A stretch of DNA of 64,000 nt. Origin: Camelus dromedarius. Its lineage: Eukaryota. The stretch's first letter is position 1, and the number at the start of each line of letters is the position of its first letter. Shown here in pieces: positions 63,017 through 64,000 of the stretch. A model generated the notes under the pieces. It was not told the origin of the DNA and did no database searches. It worked only from the letters and a program-made list of their open reading frames with translations. Both the position numbers and the translations under genes were made by a program. The stretch covers positions 41,232,001 through 41,296,000 of the forward strand of contig NC_087437.1 of the NCBI RefSeq assembly GCF_036321535.1. The letters run 5' to 3'.

Positions 63017-63149
63017 TGGTGGGCATTATTTTAATTAAAAAATTAATTTAAAAATAGTATTGTTGTACATGTACAATGTAGTAACTTACAAGATAAGTAA
63101 GTTTCTGTGATCTGGTCTAGGAAGTGAATGGTCATTTATAACAACTGTC

Positions 63150-63361
63150 GACTGTCGACAAATTAAATCTGGCTCGTTGCTTGTTTTTATAAATAAAGTT
63201 TTACTGGAACACAGTCACACAGCCATTTTTTTTACATATTGTCTAGGGCTGCTTTTTGCTACAACAACAGAGTTAAGTAGTTGCAGCAGAGAGTGTACAG
63301 CTCACAAAACCTTCAAAATTTACTATCTGGCCCTTTACACAAAAATTTCACTGATTCCTGA
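63150..63361 (+). mobile_element. MER58A-like hAT-Charlie DNA transposon
   Basis: tgtttttataaataaagttttactggaacacag...agagttaagtagttgcagcagaga...atttactatctggccctttaca. Confidence 0.85.
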
Positions 63362-64000
63362 TTTGTAACACTGATTTTTCTGGAAAAATGTTGTTAGAGA
63401 AGAGTCAGTTTCTAAGTTGAGGGCTGCCTCTCTTCTGAGCGTAGCTCACCTAATAGACAGAGACATGCCCCAAGACTAAATGTCCAATGTTTTCTTGTTT
63501 GGGGCATGTTAAAGGTGAACATAAGATTCCTATCTCCTTTATACAGCAATGGGAAGAATCTGTCATTACATTGTAATTCTCCTGACCTTTCAGATGACAG
63601 GAAGAACCTGGCTCTTGTGTTTTTATTGCTACATGCTGGGCACTACCTGTCAAAAAAGAACAACGTTTACATGCTGACATAAAAAATGAATTTCTGCCTT
63701 TATCTCAATGTAGATACTAGAATAAAACCTACCAACGTCAACTAACACAAGCAGCCAGTATTCTAGGTCAAAGACTCAGCAGCTGGGCATTAAAACACAT
63801 ACTATAGATTGTTTTTTTAAAGATACACTAGTCTGAATGCCACATCCTTGGTGTTTATTCATCACAGTCCTTTAAATTGCCACATTGCCTGGAGGTAAAT
63901 CCAAATTATAGGAAGAGAAGATAGGAAAGAAAGTAATGGCCTGCTAATAAAATTTTTTAAAAATAGCAGTATTCTTCCTAAATGAGAAGGGCTGACTTTG

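Larger units (their letters stand above)
9954..64000 (-). other. TNIK: Part of the large TNIK intron upstream of the Lys54 exon (intron 2)
   Basis: No preceding exon ([22 protein letters not shown]) was found in 54 kb; the sequence is repeat-rich and non-coding. Confidence 0.85.

Noticed and set aside
1..64000. CRISPR array, operon, defence system, miRNA or snoRNA gene
   Set aside because: This is eukaryotic intronic DNA. There is no regularly spaced repeat-spacer array, and I recognised no known miRNA or box C/D or H/ACA structure. An Rfam/Infernal scan would be needed to exclude small RNAs fully.

Overview
Mammalian genomic DNA, not microbial. It is very probably camelid (alpaca/llama/camel): three tRNA-derived SINEs look like the camelid Vic-1 family, and I saw no Alu, Bov-tA/A2, PRE1 or CAN SINEs. 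The whole window lies inside TNIK (TRAF2- and NCK-interacting kinase), transcribed on the minus strand. The only confident coding sequence is one 57-nt exon at 9897-9953 (GRHVKTGQLAAIKVMDVTG, containing the ATP-binding Lys54). About 54 kb of the upstream intron lies to its right and about 9.9 kb of the downstream intron to its left. The rest is intronic: old MIR, L2, MLT1, MER and HAL1 fragments, two L1 3' fragments, three ERV1-type solo LTRs, an internally deleted and inverted ERVL provirus, microsatellites, and several repeat-free blocks that look like enhancers. Most ORFs in the supplied track are chance or repeat-derived. I found no evidence of a new multi-gene system. The best leads are routes to a TNIK lacking Lys54 (a candidate, partly decayed alternative exon at 9037-9174, and a skippable Lys54 exon), a promoter-like block with a strong splice donor near 21.6-22.1 kb, and several local rearrangements. 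Repeat family names and boundaries come from recognising consensus sequences by eye and are approximate.
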